A stretch of 63,474 nucleotides of DNA, counting the filler, from Globobulimina sp. (lineage: Eukaryota): NCBI GenBank assembly GCA_003354225.1. It is 35 parts of 35 records of this genome, joined end to end, with 100 filler letters (N's around TTAATTAATTAA, not from the genome) between each part and the next. Parts side by side here need not be neighbours in the genome. Positions count along the whole stretch, not along the records: positions 61,760 to 63,474 come from PIVH01012785.1; 34 more parts are not named here. One strand, given 5' to 3'. The position numbers and the translations under genes are program-made. Within the stretch, counting starts at the first letter, position 1; each line of letters opens with the position of its first letter. This document shows, piece by piece, positions 63,120 to 63,474 of this stretch. The notes under the pieces were generated by a model, which had not been told where the DNA came from, made no database searches, and saw only the letters and a program-made list of their open reading frames with translations.

Positions 63120-63474
63120 ATACTAATCTATCCTAACATGTTCTAACCTATCATATTCTAATCTAATCTAACATATACCCTATTCTGTCATAATCCGTCA
63201 TAATATATCCTCACATGTCCTAATCTATCCTAATCTGTCCTAATCTATCCTAACCTGTCCTAACATATCCTTTCCTGTCCTAATCTATCTTAAGCTGTCC
63301 TAATCTATCCTAATCTGTCCTAATCTATCCTAATCTGTCCTAATCTATCCTAACCTGTGAAAATATATCCTAACATGTCATCTCCGGTCCTAATCTATCC
63401 TAACATGTCCTAACATATCCTTTCCTGTCCTAATCTATCTTAACCTGTCCTAATATATCCTAACATGTCCTCTC
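63120..63474. repeat. 10-bp tandem satellite (TAATCTATCC/TAATCTGTCC/TAACATGTCC variants)
   Basis: About 30 degenerate 10-mers running to the window end; 63241-63300 recurs at 63391-63450. Confidence 0.9.

Overview
This window is not one locus. It is about 35 unrelated contigs of ~1.72 kb, sorted by length and joined by an artificial 100-nt spacer (44 N + TTAATTAATTAA + 44 N), so adjacency across spacers means nothing. The DNA is AT-rich and eukaryotic, with short GT-AG introns (53-112 nt). The gene content (7TM-RGS, SPRY, kelch, IPT/TIG and ARM proteins, plus an intron-containing nirK) suggests a foraminiferan (Rhizaria); this is inference. Recognisable genes include DCTN5, DTWD1, eIF1A, a hydantoinase/oxoprolinase, a RalGAP-like protein, MEMO1, a DYRK-like kinase, an S28 peptidase, ALDH, an SLX4-like protein and GST. 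The most notable feature is a spliced copper nitrite reductase (NirK, 34564-36168). After removal of two introns it continues in frame through a Cys- and N-sequon-rich linker into a C-terminal DOMON-like domain with candidate Met/His heme ligands, suggesting a eukaryotic NirK with a tethered electron donor. Also present: a DIRS-like tyrosine-recombinase retrotransposon fragment, a Gag/ORF1-like ORF, a MITE, a 10-bp TTAGG-containing satellite, an SLBP-domain fusion, several decayed genes and two likely bacterial/eukaryotic chimeric joins. All family assignments are by visual motif recognition; no searches were run.
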